Notes: generated by a model from the letters alone, not told the origin. Numbered from the stretch's first letter, positions 27,569 through 41,890 are shown. The stretch: DNA of 64,000 bases from Octopus sinensis (GCF_006345805.1 NC_043004.1:73346001-73410000); one strand, 5' to 3'. Numbers and translations: made by a program.

Positions 27569-27744
27569 TCGTTCACTTGTATAGGTTTGCAATTGTACTC
27601 TGAGAGAACATGTTAAATTATGCAAAACATTAGAGAAAGAAACCTAGCTGTTTCTTGCTATAAATACATCTTAAACAATGTTTTTTTAATGGATACTTAA
27701 CATACTACTGTGGGTCCCCAATTTACTATTTTGCTTGTGTCGAT

Positions 27745-27913
27745 CCCTGTGGTAAGTAGCTTGCTTACCAACCACATGGTTCCGGGTTCAGTCCCACTAC
27801 GTAGCACCTTGGGCTAGTGTCTTCTACTATAGCCTCAGGCCGACCAAAGCTTTGTGAGCAGATCTGGAAGACGGAAACTGAAAGAAGCCTGTCGTATATA
27901 TGTATATATATAC

Positions 27914-27989
<76 letters not shown>

Positions 27990-28060
27990 TGTGTTTGTGT
28001 GAGTGTGTGTGTGTATGTTTGTGTGTCTGTGTTTGCCTCCCCAACATCGCTATGCCATAG
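27745..28060 (+). mobile_element. SINE family B, 3' module truncated
   Basis: gtggtaagtagcttgcttaccaaccacatggttccgggttcagtccc...gaaagaagcctgtcg-(TA)(TG)n. Confidence 0.8.
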
Positions 28061-28132
28061 AAACCTGGAAACCAGGCCCGTGAGCCTGGCTAAGCTTTAA
28101 AAAGGCGCATTTATTTATTTTTTTAAGTGTTA

Positions 28133-28164
<32 letters not shown>

Positions 28165-28378
28165 ATCCTTTCTACTATAAGCACAAGGCCTGAAATTTCG
28201 GGGGAGGGGATAAGTCGATTACATCGACTTCAGTGTTTCACTGGTACTTAATTTATCGACCCCGAAAGGATGAGAGGCAAATTCGACCTCAGTATAATTG
28301 GAACTCAGAACGTAAAGACAGACGAAATGCCGCTAAGCATTTTGTCCAGGGTACTAACGATTCTGCCAGCTCGCAGCC

Positions 28379-28429
<51 letters not shown>

Positions 28430-29210
28430 TTTTAAAAAGGATTGACGTAACTCTTCACAAACGTAAACAGTCAAGACGAAGAGCTCGATTCGATTGTAAG
28501 ATATTTTATTAGTTGAAAGCTATTTCAACAGTACGTCTGTCTTTGTCAAGTTCAAAATAAGAAGTGATAAAAATTCAAAATTACAGATAATTTTTGAATT
28601 TTTATCACTTCTTATTTTGAACTTGACAAAGACAGACGTACTGTTGAAATATCGTTCAACTAATAAAACATCTCACAATCGAATCACGCTCTTCATCTTG
28701 ACTAATAATAATAACAATAATAATAATAATAATAATAATAATAGGAAGAAGAATCCTCTCTACTAAAGGCACAAGGCCTGAAATTTGGTGGGGTGGGGAC
28801 TAGTCGATTACATCGACCCCAGTGTTTCACTGGTTCTTAATTTATCAACCCCAAAAGGATGAAAAGCAAAATCAACCTCGGCAGAATTTGAACTCAGAAC
28901 GTTGACACGGACGAAATGCCGCTAAGCATTTGTCCGGTGCGCTACCGATTCTGCTAGCTCGCCGCCATAAAAATAGTAATAATTCTTTCTAGAATAGGCG
29001 CAAGGCCTGAAATTGTGGGGGGAGGGGGCTAGTCAACTGCATCGACCCAAGTACGTAACTGGTACTTATTTCATCGACCCCACCCAAAAGGATGAAAGGC
29101 AAAATTCGATCTCGGCAGAATTGGAGCTCAGAAAGTACGGAGCCGGAAGAAATGCTGCTTAGCATCATGTCCGGCTTTGCTAATATGTCTGCCAGTTTCG
29201 ATGCCTTGGC
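28165..29210 (-). mobile_element. Three head-to-tail family A SINEs separated by (AAT)n runs
   Basis: Copies at about 28165-28380, 28755-28968 and 28985-29200. Confidence 0.85.
28469..28703. repeat. 235-bp palindrome with a perfect 60-bp inner stem
   Basis: 28521-28580 is the exact reverse complement of 28592-28651; 11-nt loop; outer 52-bp arms about 85% identical. Confidence 0.95.
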
Positions 29211-29989
29211 TAATAAATATAATAAAAGAGAAGAAATTGATATTATTGAATTGAATGAAATAAAGAAAGAGAGATGTGACAAACGAGAAAGGAATGGTGC
29301 AATATTAAAGTATATTTGATTTGGTGGTTGCGGTTATTTTCGGGAGATGGCAGGGTTGGAGGTGCTAAGATGAAAAGATGGCTGCAGATATAAATGACGA
29401 AAGAACGAGACACGATATTATGAAAGAGCAGCGGGAAAATGTGAGCTGCGCAATAAAGAAAACAAATGAATGTATAAGAGGGAAATGTAGAAAAAGAGAG
29501 AAAGAGAGCAAGATTTAAACAGGTAAATTAGCAAGGTTACCAACGATCGGTTATCAGGAATAAGTTAAAAGTTAAAATGCTGGAAAAACGAAGAATTAAT
29601 CTTTTTTTAATGAAAGAGAGAGAAAGAAAGTAAAGAAATGAAAAATATAAAAAATATATATAATATATACAAACACGAAAGACTGAAAGATAATATGTTA
29701 AAGAAAGAGGATGTAACAAGAAGCAAGCAAATTCAAGGTTTTATAGTAATCAGTAAAGAGAGAAAAGGTAGTTGAGAGATTAAAAAAAAAAAAAAAGAAA
29801 GGAAGTTCTATTAGAATTTTGTTTTTATCTTTCGTTTTTTTTTTCCTACACTTGATTTATGAACACAAACGAACAGAGCAATCCAAGCAGGAGGAAATAG
29901 AATTGACAACCCTGGATGATGTCTGTCTTCTGTAAAGCGAAAGAGATGAAGCAGGTCAAGGAAAAGCAACAATATGCGTGTGTGTGTAT

Positions 29990-30510
<521 letters not shown>

Positions 30511-30893
30511 CTGATAAAACAAAACGAAAAATCAAAAGCAAAAATAAATAAATAAATAATGGGGTTGTTTGCATTGTTAAATGAAAAAAAAAAGGGTTTT
30601 CTCTCTCTCCGTCGAAGTATCCTGTGAAGAGTTACTTACTGACACAGGGAGCAATGGTTGACTGGGTTTGTTCGTAGCCCTCAGCGCACCTGTTGCAGCT
30701 CAAGCCCGTCACACCCTCCTTACAAGTACATTGTCCTGTAGTTTGGTTACACGTCATTCGAACCGACCCCACGGGATGGCATTGGCAGCCTGAAACGAGA
30801 AATTACAAGATAACTTTTTGGGTTTCGTTTCAAAAAAGAAAACAACAACAAAAAAAAAACAAAAAAACATAAATAACAAAGGAATAATGATAA

Positions 30894-31297
30894 TTCTTTC
30901 TACTAAAGACACAAGGCCTGAACTTTTCATGGAGGGCGGAATAGCCAATTACATCGAGCCCAGTGTTTCACTGGTACTTATTTATTTCATCGACCCCGAC
31001 GATGAAAGGTAAAGTCGACCTCCGCGGAGTTTGAACACAGAGCGTAACGGCAGACGAAATACCTATTTCTTTATTACCCACAAGGGACTAAACACAGAGA
31101 GGACAAACAAAGACAGACAAACGGATTAAGTCGATTATATCGAACCCAGTGCGTAACTGGTACTTTTTTAATCGACCCCGAAAGGATGAAAGGCAAAGTC
31201 GACCTCGTCGGAATTTGAACTCAGAACGTAGCGGCAGACGAAATACTGCTAAGCATTTTGCCCGGCGTGCTAACGTTGTCTGCCAGGTCGCCGCCTT
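30894..31297 (-). mobile_element. Chimeric family A SINE dimer (head-body-tail1 joined to body-tail2)
   Basis: Junction aaagaaatag|gtatttcgtctg at 31063/31062 on the minus strand. Confidence 0.85.
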
Positions 31298-31477
31298 AAC
31301 ATCAGAAATTGTAATAATGAAACAAAACCCGTTAGTTTACAAGGAAATATTTATAATCTAGAACGCATTTAATAGAAAATGTTTTGTGGAGCATTGTGAG
31401 ATTGTCTTTATCGAGGGGCAAGTCTCAAGGGATGCAACTCGACACACTGACTTATGTTGGTATACTCACACGCATGG

Positions 31478-31745
<268 letters not shown>

Positions 31746-31884
31746 ATAGATTGATAGATTCATACGTGTGGGTTTGGGTGAGTGTATATATATATGTATG
31801 TATGCATGTATAGTTGTGTATAATACACACACAAACACATATACACATATACACATATATGTATATATGCATGTATATGTGTGT

Positions 31885-32306
31885 GTATAGTGGCTCTGTG
31901 GTAAGTAGCTTGCTTACCAACCATATGTTTCTGGATTCAATCCCCTTGGGCAAGTGTTTTCTACTATAGCCTCGGACCTACCAAAGTCTTGTGAGTGGAT
32001 TTGGTAGACGGAAACTGAAAGAAGCCCGTCGTATGTATGTATGTATGTATGTATGTATGTGTATGTATGTATGTATGTATGTATGTGTGTGTGTGAGTAT
32101 ACGTTTGTGTGTCTGTGTTTGCCCTCCCCCAACATCGCTTGACAACCGATGGTGGTTTGTTTACGTCCCCGTAAATTAGCGGTTCGGCAAAAGATAACGA
32201 TAGAATAAGTACTAGGCTTCCAAAGAATAAGTCCTGGGGTCGATGTGCTCGACTAAAGGCGGTGCTCCAGCATGGCCGCAGTCAAATGACTGAAACAAGT
32301 AAAAGA

Positions 32307-32310
<4 letters not shown>
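31885..32310 (+). mobile_element. Full-length SINE family B with internal (TATG)n
   Basis: Ends ...ggcggtgctccagcatggccgcagtcaaatgactgaaacaagtaaaagag. Confidence 0.85.
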
Positions 32311-32342
<32 letters not shown>

Positions 32343-32641
32343 AGACACAGGGAGGGTGCTTGAAGGGGTGTTATGAAGAGGGGTTGGTGAGCAGATATAT
32401 ATATATATATATATATGCAAAGAAATGTCTACATGTGTTTATGTGGGCTGGTGGTAAACTTCACAGATGTTGTGGGTAAGGTCCTGCATAAATGATTTTT
32501 GCATCTCATTTCCGACTGTAGCTCTCCCACTTTCTACATTAAGCCTTAATACTTGTAAGGCGCAATCTTTGCAATGTCAGGTCATGCATGCAGTCAATGT
32601 TTATCATGTACATGCATATACACACACATAGATATATGTGC

Positions 32642-32680
<39 letters not shown>

Positions 32681-32874
32681 TGTGTCTATGTATGTATACA
32701 TATATATGCGTGTGTTTATTTGGCAAAAAAAATAATAATAAATATCCCGAAATACAACAATACACACACACACACACATACAGAGTCCTACCCACACATA
32801 CAGATACCAAGCGGCCACACAGATATCTATGTATTTATTTATATGCCTGTCTGTGTCTGTCTGTTTGTATTTAT

Positions 32875-32919
<45 letters not shown>

Positions 32920-33044
32920 TACACAAACAGAAGTCTTGAAGGGCACAAAATAAGAATGCTTTACGAAGATTATTTTCTCAACAATTCATAAAGACGCAAA
33001 CAGAATCTCTCGCACCACCCATGCAGTGTGTGTACGGATGCATA

Positions 33045-33264
33045 CGTATGTATGTAGGCATGTACATATATATATACATATATATATACATTATATATAT
33101 ATGTATTATCAATGTATATACGTATAATATATATGCATATATATATTATATATATATATATATTATATATATATATAATGTGTCTATTATATATATATAT
33201 TATATATATATTAATATATATATATATATAGTGTATATATATATATAATACTATATATATATTG

Positions 33265-33296
<32 letters not shown>

Positions 33297-33330
33297 ATAT
33301 ATATTATATATATATATATATATATATCAC
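33045..33330. repeat. (TA)n-rich microsatellite
   Basis: Direct inspection. Confidence 0.9.
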
Positions 33331-33665
33331 AATATAAGATACAAAAAAGAAGCGAGAACCAGCTGAGAATTGAAACCTAAGACGTACCAACTCTGTGACA
33401 CATTAATCTCAGTCCATCACTGTGTTTGTTTTGTAAAGAAGTGACTATCGTTTTACCTTTTGGCTGTGAGGATGCTTAGTGCTCCTTAGTCGTGCACATC
33501 CCACCATACTTCACTTTCATTCATGTTTCTCCCACTCGCTCACAAATACACCCACACCATCAAACCCATCCGACATATCTATGCATCTACGTATGTATGG
33601 ATGCATTATGTTAGTATGTATGTATGTATGTATGTATGTATTATGCATGTATGTATGTATGCATG

Positions 33666-33707
<42 letters not shown>

Positions 33708-33990
33708 TATATACATATATATATATATATGTGTGTGTGTGATTGTGTATAGAAGAATATATTATAAAAAGAATTCCAACCTTGTCTGATTTTCACGTTT
33801 TATTTACATCTTATAATGATATATTATAAGATAATATATTATAATTGAATAAAATAAAATGAAATAGTAGAATGTTAAATATTCATTCTGATTGAACTAG
33901 TACTTTCATGCATTGAATTCTGCAATCTTCGGGTTCATGTAGTAGTGTTGACAGTCATGCTTCACAATTTTTGACACATATATATATATA

Positions 33991-34330
33991 CAGGTTTGGC
34001 CAAAAGCCACCTGACAGTAAACCAAAGCCATTTAGTTCTTAGATTTATTTATGTTTAACAACTGAATGAATTTAATAAAAGCATCAAGATATGAAACATC
34101 ATGAAAATTGTTCAAACTGAAGTCCTTCCTGAGCGACTCGATTTTCAATTGACCACAGAATTAGAAATAACATGATATTGGACAACTTGATTGCAGTCAC
34201 TGTCCTGCAATGAATCCAGGACCTCGTGGCAGTGATGAACGTGAAGTGTGGCGGGTGGACTTTGTTGCTACGGCCCGGGTTGTAATCCAGCCATAATAGT
34301 GGTAATACTGATATTAGAATAACGGAACTA
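33991..34330 (-). mobile_element. 3' end of a decayed Tc1/mariner-superfamily (maT-like) transposon
   Basis: TA + caggtttggccaaaagccacctgacagtaaa ITR-like end; minus-strand LDY...PH...RVAQEGLQFEQF resembles a DDD/E transposase C-terminus. Confidence 0.5.
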
Positions 34331-34876
34331 TAGACGTCAATGCAAATGAAAAAAATACATCTCGGCAAGCCCCTCGAAAGCAGCCAGCTCCTAACCGTAG
34401 AAGTTGCCTTACCAATTGCCTCGTTCTTGTGCTGCCAACTCCCTGTTTCATCTATTTATTAAATATTGCCGTTGCAAGCGTGGGAGTACTACAGCTTCGT
34501 TAGAGTTTGAGTAGCAATGGAGTGAATAATCAGCAGGTTCCTGATAATCACTATACCATGCTTCGAGTACTCTTTTATTCCAATTGGAAATATATACTTG
34601 CTTTCACGCGCACTCGAACGCACATAAACGCATATGTATATATTCATATATGTGTATGTATGACATAGGTTTAAATCTATGACGTACAAGAAGGCCAGCA
34701 TATACGCACACCGAATCATTATAAATACACACGCATGCAAATAAGAGCGTTCATTCACTCATGGATAAAGTTACTACTGCTCATCTGCGTACATATATAC
34801 ATACATTCGTTCACTGAGATATGTACGCAGTTATAATGAAAAGTATTATGATCGTATGCAAACACACACACACACA

Positions 34877-34907
<31 letters not shown>

Positions 34908-35034
34908 CACGTGGAAATATTACTTATAATCACATACAGAAAAACTAACAGCATAGGCTATTTTTTTAATATTACATATTTAAAAGCATTTATATACCCC
35001 AATACACGTTCTCTCGCTCTCACACACACACAAG

Positions 35035-35074
<40 letters not shown>

Positions 35075-35303
35075 TGTGTGTGCGTGCGTGTGTGTGTAAT
35101 GATTTCCTATTACAAAACTGCAAATTTCTAGGGGAGTGGTAAGGTCAATTGAATTGACCCTAGAGAGATGAAGGGCAAAATCAACATCGGCACCCTTTGA
35201 ACTCAGAACATAAAGAGAGCGGACTAAATGCCACAAAAAATTCAGACCGGCACTGTCACTGCACCCCTAAATTACCATCCCTCCATCTCTATCTTTCCAC
35301 TTG

Positions 35304-35343
<40 letters not shown>

Positions 35344-35609
35344 GTGCGCGCGCATGTATAGATTGGCGTGAGATAGAAATGTCGCTGCGTCGATGAAATT
35401 TCGATCTGTTTCAGTTACATCCCCTTACACCTGACAAACATTGTCTGTCTGCCTCATGTAATTTTGATAAAGTTAGCAACTGGCACAATCCGGTGTGAAT
35501 GAAACCAATTAAATGCAAGCAGACACACACACACACGCGCACACACACACACACACAATATGTTTGTGTGTGTGCATGCGTGTGTGCGCGTGTGTTTGTA
35601 AAGTTTACT

Positions 35610-35760
35610 TTAACGGTATTTACGTTCTGAGTTCAAATTCCGCTGAGGTTGACTTTGCCTTTCATCCTTCCGGGATCGATAAATTAAGTACCAGTTGCGT
35701 ACTGGGGTCGATCTAATTGACTGCCCCCTCCCCTTGTGCCTAGAGTAGAAAAGAATACAT
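35610..35760 (+). mobile_element. 5'-truncated family A SINE (a minus-strand remnant lies at about 35125-35260)
   Basis: cgttctgagttcaaattccgctgaggttgactttgcctttcatccttccgggatcgataaattaagtacc. Confidence 0.8.
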
Positions 35761-36124
35761 TTCCAAATCCTTTTTTTTTTCTAAAAAAGGACTTGTAAAA
35801 AAGTTTTTCTCAACACTACAACCACCAAACCATCTTTTGAAAGGAAAAGTTGATTTCGCTCGGATTTGAGATACATATATCCGACGCTGACTCTTTTGTT
35901 ATCCTACTCTTGTTGAAATGCACTGGCCAGTTAATTTCATAATAATAAAGGATTTAGTAAAATAACATTGGTGCTCCTGCATGGCCATGGCCTTTGGGCT
36001 GACACATATAAAAGAAATAAGAAAGTAGTACGCTTCTCTTTGGAACGCAAATTAACATGAAATTTTGGTTGAAGATTTTAATGGATCCCTGATAATTAAT
36101 CGCCTGTATTGCATAAAATATCAT

Positions 36125-36490
36125 GTGTATTAGTTCATCCGTCATTGTCGACGATGACCAAGGATATCACATGTGACAAGAAGACGGGGCACGATGTGTC
36201 CAGCTGTGGCCAATCAGTCCGATGCGTCCTCGGAAGGCTCTGCTGCAGGCTGGGCACAGGTGGACTCTTAAGACTGAAGGCAAGAAGTTAGCTCTCAACA
36301 TGCGTAGTTCGTGTTTGCTTTGTGCCCCTGAAAACCTGTGCATCTTTGCCAGGCGAGGCCATCTTGTGCTTACGCTTCCCAGATGTCGGTGCTGATCTCA
36401 AAGATCTTCAGTGAATCTTTCAGTGTGTCCTTCAAGCGTTTTTTTTTCTGTCCACCTTGCGTGGGCTGCCTTCCTTTTGTTCCCTGACAT
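36125..36490 (-). mobile_element. RTE-BovB-like LINE 3' fragment
   Basis: Minus strand GRQPTQGGQKK/RLKDTLKDSLKIFEISTDIWEA*AQDGLAW...HLCPACSRAFRGRIGLIGHSWTHR (terminal C2H2-like motif). Confidence 0.8.
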
Positions 36491-37074
36491 TATCATGTGT
36501 ATTATTGGTCTTACGTATATATGGGTCCCAGTGGTATTATTCCTGTTTTGGCAGTGTTAGTATCAAACCCGTACCCGCCATAAGCATTCTATCGTTCATT
36601 AACGTATTTATGCATCTAAGTCTACATTATCCTATATATACATATCTCCTTCCATTTAGTAAGACAACAGAATTCGACTTGAAGGATAACCGTTTGCTTT
36701 GTTGACATTTGAACAATCTAAACCAAATTGCTACTTGAATGCTACTTGAATGCCTTCAGTACTGCAGCGACGGAAACTTCTTTCTCAAAGAGAAGAAGGA
36801 TTTCTTATGAATGCATGATGTTTCAAAGGGATTAGAAATTGTGAAGTTGAAATCCTTTCAAAGTTACCAGCATTTCCTGATAGTATTTGCATGCAAATAT
36901 TGTGAAATGATTTTAACGAAGACCGAAATAATGGGTACGGAGACAGAAGGATTTGTAAACAGACAGACGTACATGTTGAAGTAAACTGTGAAACACACAC
37001 ACACACATTATATATAGGCTCAGACATAATATATATATAGACACTCATGGCCAAGAATAATATTAGTACTAATA

Positions 37075-37098
37075 TTAGATAGATAGATAGATAGATAT

Positions 37099-37129
<31 letters not shown>

Positions 37130-37166
37130 TATATAGAGAGAGATAGATGGATGGATAGATAGATAA

Positions 37167-37220
<54 letters not shown>

Positions 37221-37274
37221 GGATAAAATTACAGATAAATAGATAGACAGACAGACAGACAGACAGATAGATAA

Positions 37275-37327
<53 letters not shown>

Positions 37328-37350
37328 AGGATGGATGGATGGATGGATAG
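37075..37350. repeat. (GATA)n/(GACA)n/(GGAT)n microsatellite
   Basis: Direct inspection. Confidence 0.95.
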
Positions 37351-37391
37351 ATAGATAAATGTACAGGCATAAACAGTCACACACACTCACA

Positions 37392-37427
<36 letters not shown>

Positions 37428-37864
37428 AAGACACACAATTATTCATGCAAACATGCATACATACATAAACTACATCCTCAGAAGCACACCAACAACACAT
37501 AATAATAGTACGTTTGTGAAATCACGTACGCGATGGAAGTATGAACAGAGCAAAAAAGAACTCAATACATATGCGTGTATGCGTGTGTGCATGCGGATTC
37601 TTTGCTAGCTAGCTAGCTAACTAGATTGATTGATAGATAGATAGAGAGAGAGAGAGAGAGGGAGAGAGAGAGAGAAGGAGAAAGAGAGAGAGAGAAATTA
37701 CGGGCAAAGTTGTGGCAGTCATGCAGGAAATGGCAACATGTGGTTTGAGTAAAGCTGGAATTTTCTATCCAGGACCGTCTTTTGGAATTGCATAGAGTGT
37801 GAAAGTGAAAGATGTAATGATGGTTCATAGAGGAGCTGGTGTGGTGGTAGTAATAGCTATAAGG

Positions 37865-38200
37865 TATGGTGGTGGTGGTGATGGTGGTGGTGGTGGTGGT
37901 GGTGGTGGTGGTGGTAGTGGTGGCGGTGGTGGTGGTAGTGGTGGAAGTAGTGATGGTAGTAATGAAAGCAATGTACGGTAGTGGCGGTGTAGGTAGTGGA
38001 AATAGAGTGGTGGATATGCTGCTATCACTGGTGTGGCTACGGCGGTAGTTGAGATGTGACAACGTTGATGGCTGTGCGACATGATGGAGGTTGTAGCGGT
38101 GTTTAGTGTAGTAGTGGCGATGAGATGACGTTGTGATTGTGTTGGTTAAGGTGGTAGTATGGTGGTGGTGGTGGTGGTGGCGGCAGTGGCGGTAGTGTTT
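37865..38200. repeat. (GGT)n-rich triplet tract
   Basis: Direct inspection. Confidence 0.85.
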
Positions 38201-39057
38201 TTGTGAATTGTTGTTCATGTCAATCCAGATCTAGTCAATTCCAACTCAGTAGACCTATGACCAGACATGTTCCAGCCTTGACCATCAATAGAAAGAAAGG
38301 TACTGTGTTGAAGATTGATAGGAGAGAGAGGGGGGAGAGGGGGAGACTGAGAGAAAGAGAGAGAGAAAGAGAGAGGGAGGAAGGGAAGCGAACGTCACAT
38401 TCTCCAGTGTTTCATTCTCATTTTCAAAGGTTAGGGTTGACCTGAAGGATATTTGGCTGCTATTTCTTGCGAGTAAGTGACCGTGTAGAAAGTCCACCTT
38501 CGCTGGAGCGTTCAGATGAAATGTTTTATTTTTTTATATTTAAGTTGGCGTTGATAGTGGCGATGTTGGAGAAGGAAAGAGGTAAGTCACTGTGAGGTGA
38601 GGTGGCTCTGGTTACTCTCCAACCAGACACAGGTCGCTCTATCCTCATGAAAAAGCTATCTCTGCCTTTCCCTCCTATTCTCCCGCCTACCTCGCTCCAA
38701 GCATCCCCTCCATCTTGTCGTCTGCTAACGTAACACAATCGTTTCATTGACATCAACTATTATTTGCATAGCATTTTCATGGGATTCGGTGAATGGGAAG
38801 ATGGCGGGGGTGCAAAGAACACGGTTATATTCTCAGATGAACATCACGTAGAAATTATACCGACAGCTTTCGTCTTCTAATTTCCGTTACAATTTTTCTT
38901 TAGCTCTGACACAGTTTTATTTCTTCTTCTTCTTCTTCTTCTTCTTCTTCTTCTTCTTCTTCTTCTTCTCCTCCTCCTCCTCCTCCTCTTCCTCCTCCTT
39001 CTTCTTCTTCTTTCGTTACAATTTCTCTTTAACAATGACACAATTTTAAAATCCCAC

Positions 39058-39139
<82 letters not shown>

Positions 39140-39733
39140 GTGTCTGCCCCTACATATATTTATATATGTATGTATGTATGTATGTATATATTCATCTATT
39201 GCTTTTTTGTTCTCTTCTACCTTTGGTTTTGTATAAAGGGGGACTCTTTACCTCCTATGGTGACCCCTTTGTGTATGTAATAGTTTTCGTTATTAAAATA
39301 TCCGTTTGTATTGAGGAGGGAAGGTTTGATATTATAATGAACGGTAAATCGCTTTCTTTCTCCTCCCCCCACTCTCTCTCTCTTTCTCTCTCTCTCTTTT
39401 TTCTTTGGTAAATGGTGTCAACAAACAGCAGAATATTAGATCAAAAAAGAAACAGATCAACGATCTTTGTTACAAGGTAAATAGTGATTTATAGAAAACT
39501 TGTTATGGAACGTTTTGAAGTTGCGGAAACAACAAGTAGATATACCAGCTTATATAGCAGTAGTACGCGCGCGCGCGCACATACCGATACGCACACCCAC
39601 ATACAAACACCTACATACATATGTATACGAAAGACACAATTTACATGCTTCTGTGTATGTGTGTATATACACCATAACTATTTATGTCATAATGCACATA
39701 ACGAGACCACCATCAGTTTTCAGAGAGAAAACG

Positions 39734-39766
<33 letters not shown>

Positions 39767-39769
39767 GTA

Positions 39770-40085
39770 ATAATAATCCTTTGTACTGGAAGCACATGGC
39801 CTCAGATTTAGAGGAAGGGATTAAGTCGATTACATCGACCCCAGTAGATAACTGGTACTAATTTTACCGACCCCGAAAGGATGACAGGAAAAGTCGACCG
39901 CGGCGGAATTTGAATTTAGAACGGGAAGACGGACGAAAATGCCGCTAAGCATTTCGTCCGGCGTGCCAATGATAATAATAATAAACCTTCCTGGTATAAG
40001 CACAAGGTCTGAAATTTTGGTGGGAAGGGCTGGCTACTCGATTACTTCGATCCCAGTGTTCAATTGGCACTTATTCTTTCAACCA
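39770..40085 (-). mobile_element. Family A SINE plus a truncated second copy, in (AAT)n context
   Basis: Similarity to other family A copies. Confidence 0.75.
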
Positions 40086-40086
40086 C

Positions 40087-40137
<51 letters not shown>

Positions 40138-40774
40138 CTTTAACTTTCCTCGTTGTATTCGTATTTAGAAACACACCTGTCATTTGAAGGATAATTCAAA
40201 ATTAATATATCATGTTCAACTCTCCTATTTTAACAAATCAAAGTATAATCTTTCCTTTACTGTTGTTGACTTAAGTAATTCCGAAGGAGGCAAAGGTTAT
40301 CAAAATACTAACAAGGATATGTTTCGGCGTCTTCTTCTATTTCATTTACAGATAACCCCTAACGTTAACCCTTATGGTAATCTGAAACCGAACCCTAACC
40401 CAAGCTCTAAATCGCATCTAAATCACAAACATACAACAGGCGATGTTAGTATAATGATTAGGCGATTTGCCAACGTTGTATTTCAATAAACATCCGTAGC
40501 TTTTTTTGCTTTTTTTCGGAGGTGACAAAATGATGCTGAAACGAAATCTTCCAACATTTCGACGATAGGAGCAATGAAGACAACAGGTCAGTATTATATA
40601 TCAGACAGATATTTCAATTGCCCGTGAAATACACATACACAGAAAAAGAGCGGGTCCTGTAAAGGGATTTCAATCATCCGTGAAATACATACACACTCAC
40701 CCCTAGTCCTGTAAAGGGTGAGCTTCATTTGTTTATAGTATAGTCTTATAACTATATATATTCTTTTACTTGTT

Positions 40775-41140
40775 TCAGTCATGTGACTGTGGCCATACTG
40801 GAGCACCGCCTTTAGTCGAGCAAATCGACCCCAGGACTTATTCTTTGGAAGCCTAGTACTTATTCTATCGGTCTCTTTTGCCGAACCGCTAAGTTATGGG
40901 GACGTAAACACACCAGCATCGGTTGTCAAGCGATGTTGAGGGGACAAACACAGACACACAAACATATATACATATATATATATACATACATATATACGAC
41001 GGGCTTCTTTCAGTTTCCGTCACAAAGCTTTGGTCGGCCCGAGGCTATATTAGAAGACAGTTGCCCAAGGTGCCACGCAGTGGGACTGAACCCGGAACCA
41101 TGTGGTTGGTAAGCAAGCTACTTACCGCAAAGCCACTCCT
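40775..41140 (-). mobile_element. Full-length SINE family B
   Basis: Near-identical to 21120-21573 apart from a shorter internal microsatellite. Confidence 0.85.
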
Positions 41141-41174
41141 ACGCATATATAGTATGTAGATACTAAAAATAAAT

Positions 41175-41890
41175 AAATAGTTTTTTCTACTTCTAGTACA
41201 AGGTCAGCAGTAGTTTTGAGGGGATAAGAAGACCGATGACATCGACCTCAGTACGCAACTGGTACTTATTCTATCAACACCGAGAGGATGAAAGATAACA
41301 CTAACCTCGGCGGAATTTGAACACAGAACGTAAATGAGTGGGAAAAATACCACAAGGCATTGTGTCCGATACTCTAAACAATTCTGTCAGCTCACGCCTT
41401 AATCGCAGACCTGATATTTTTAGGAGGAAGAGGACTAGAGATTACATTGGCGCTAGTATTTAAATGGTACTTATTTTATCGACCCCGAAAGGATGAAAGT
41501 CAAAGTCAACCTCAGCAGAATTTGAACTCAGAACGTAAAGACGGACGAAATGCTGCTAAGCATTTTACCCAGCCAGCTCGACACCTTCCTAGACCTGTGT
41601 TATTAATACCATTAATGCTACTCTTTGATCCTTTGTAAGTTAACTCCCACAGGAGAAACATAATGATTGGGCGATTTGCCAATATTGTATTTCAATAGCC
41701 ATCCACGGCTTTTTTTTCAGAGGTGACAAAATGATGCTAGTACTAAGTCCTCCAGTACTCGAATGGTACTTATTTTATCGACCCCGAAAGGACGAAAGTC
41801 AAAGTTAGCCTCGGCAGAATTTTAACAGTGAACATAAAAACGGACGAAATGCTGTTAAACATTTTGTCCGGCATTCTGACGATTCTACCA
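41175..41890 (-). mobile_element. Chain of three degenerate family A SINEs
   Basis: Copies at about 41175-41400, 41450-41580 and 41750-41890. Confidence 0.7.

Noticed and set aside
28989-29319. Overlapping 97-aa and 75-aa ORFs
   Set aside because: Read-through of a family A SINE into purine-rich flank
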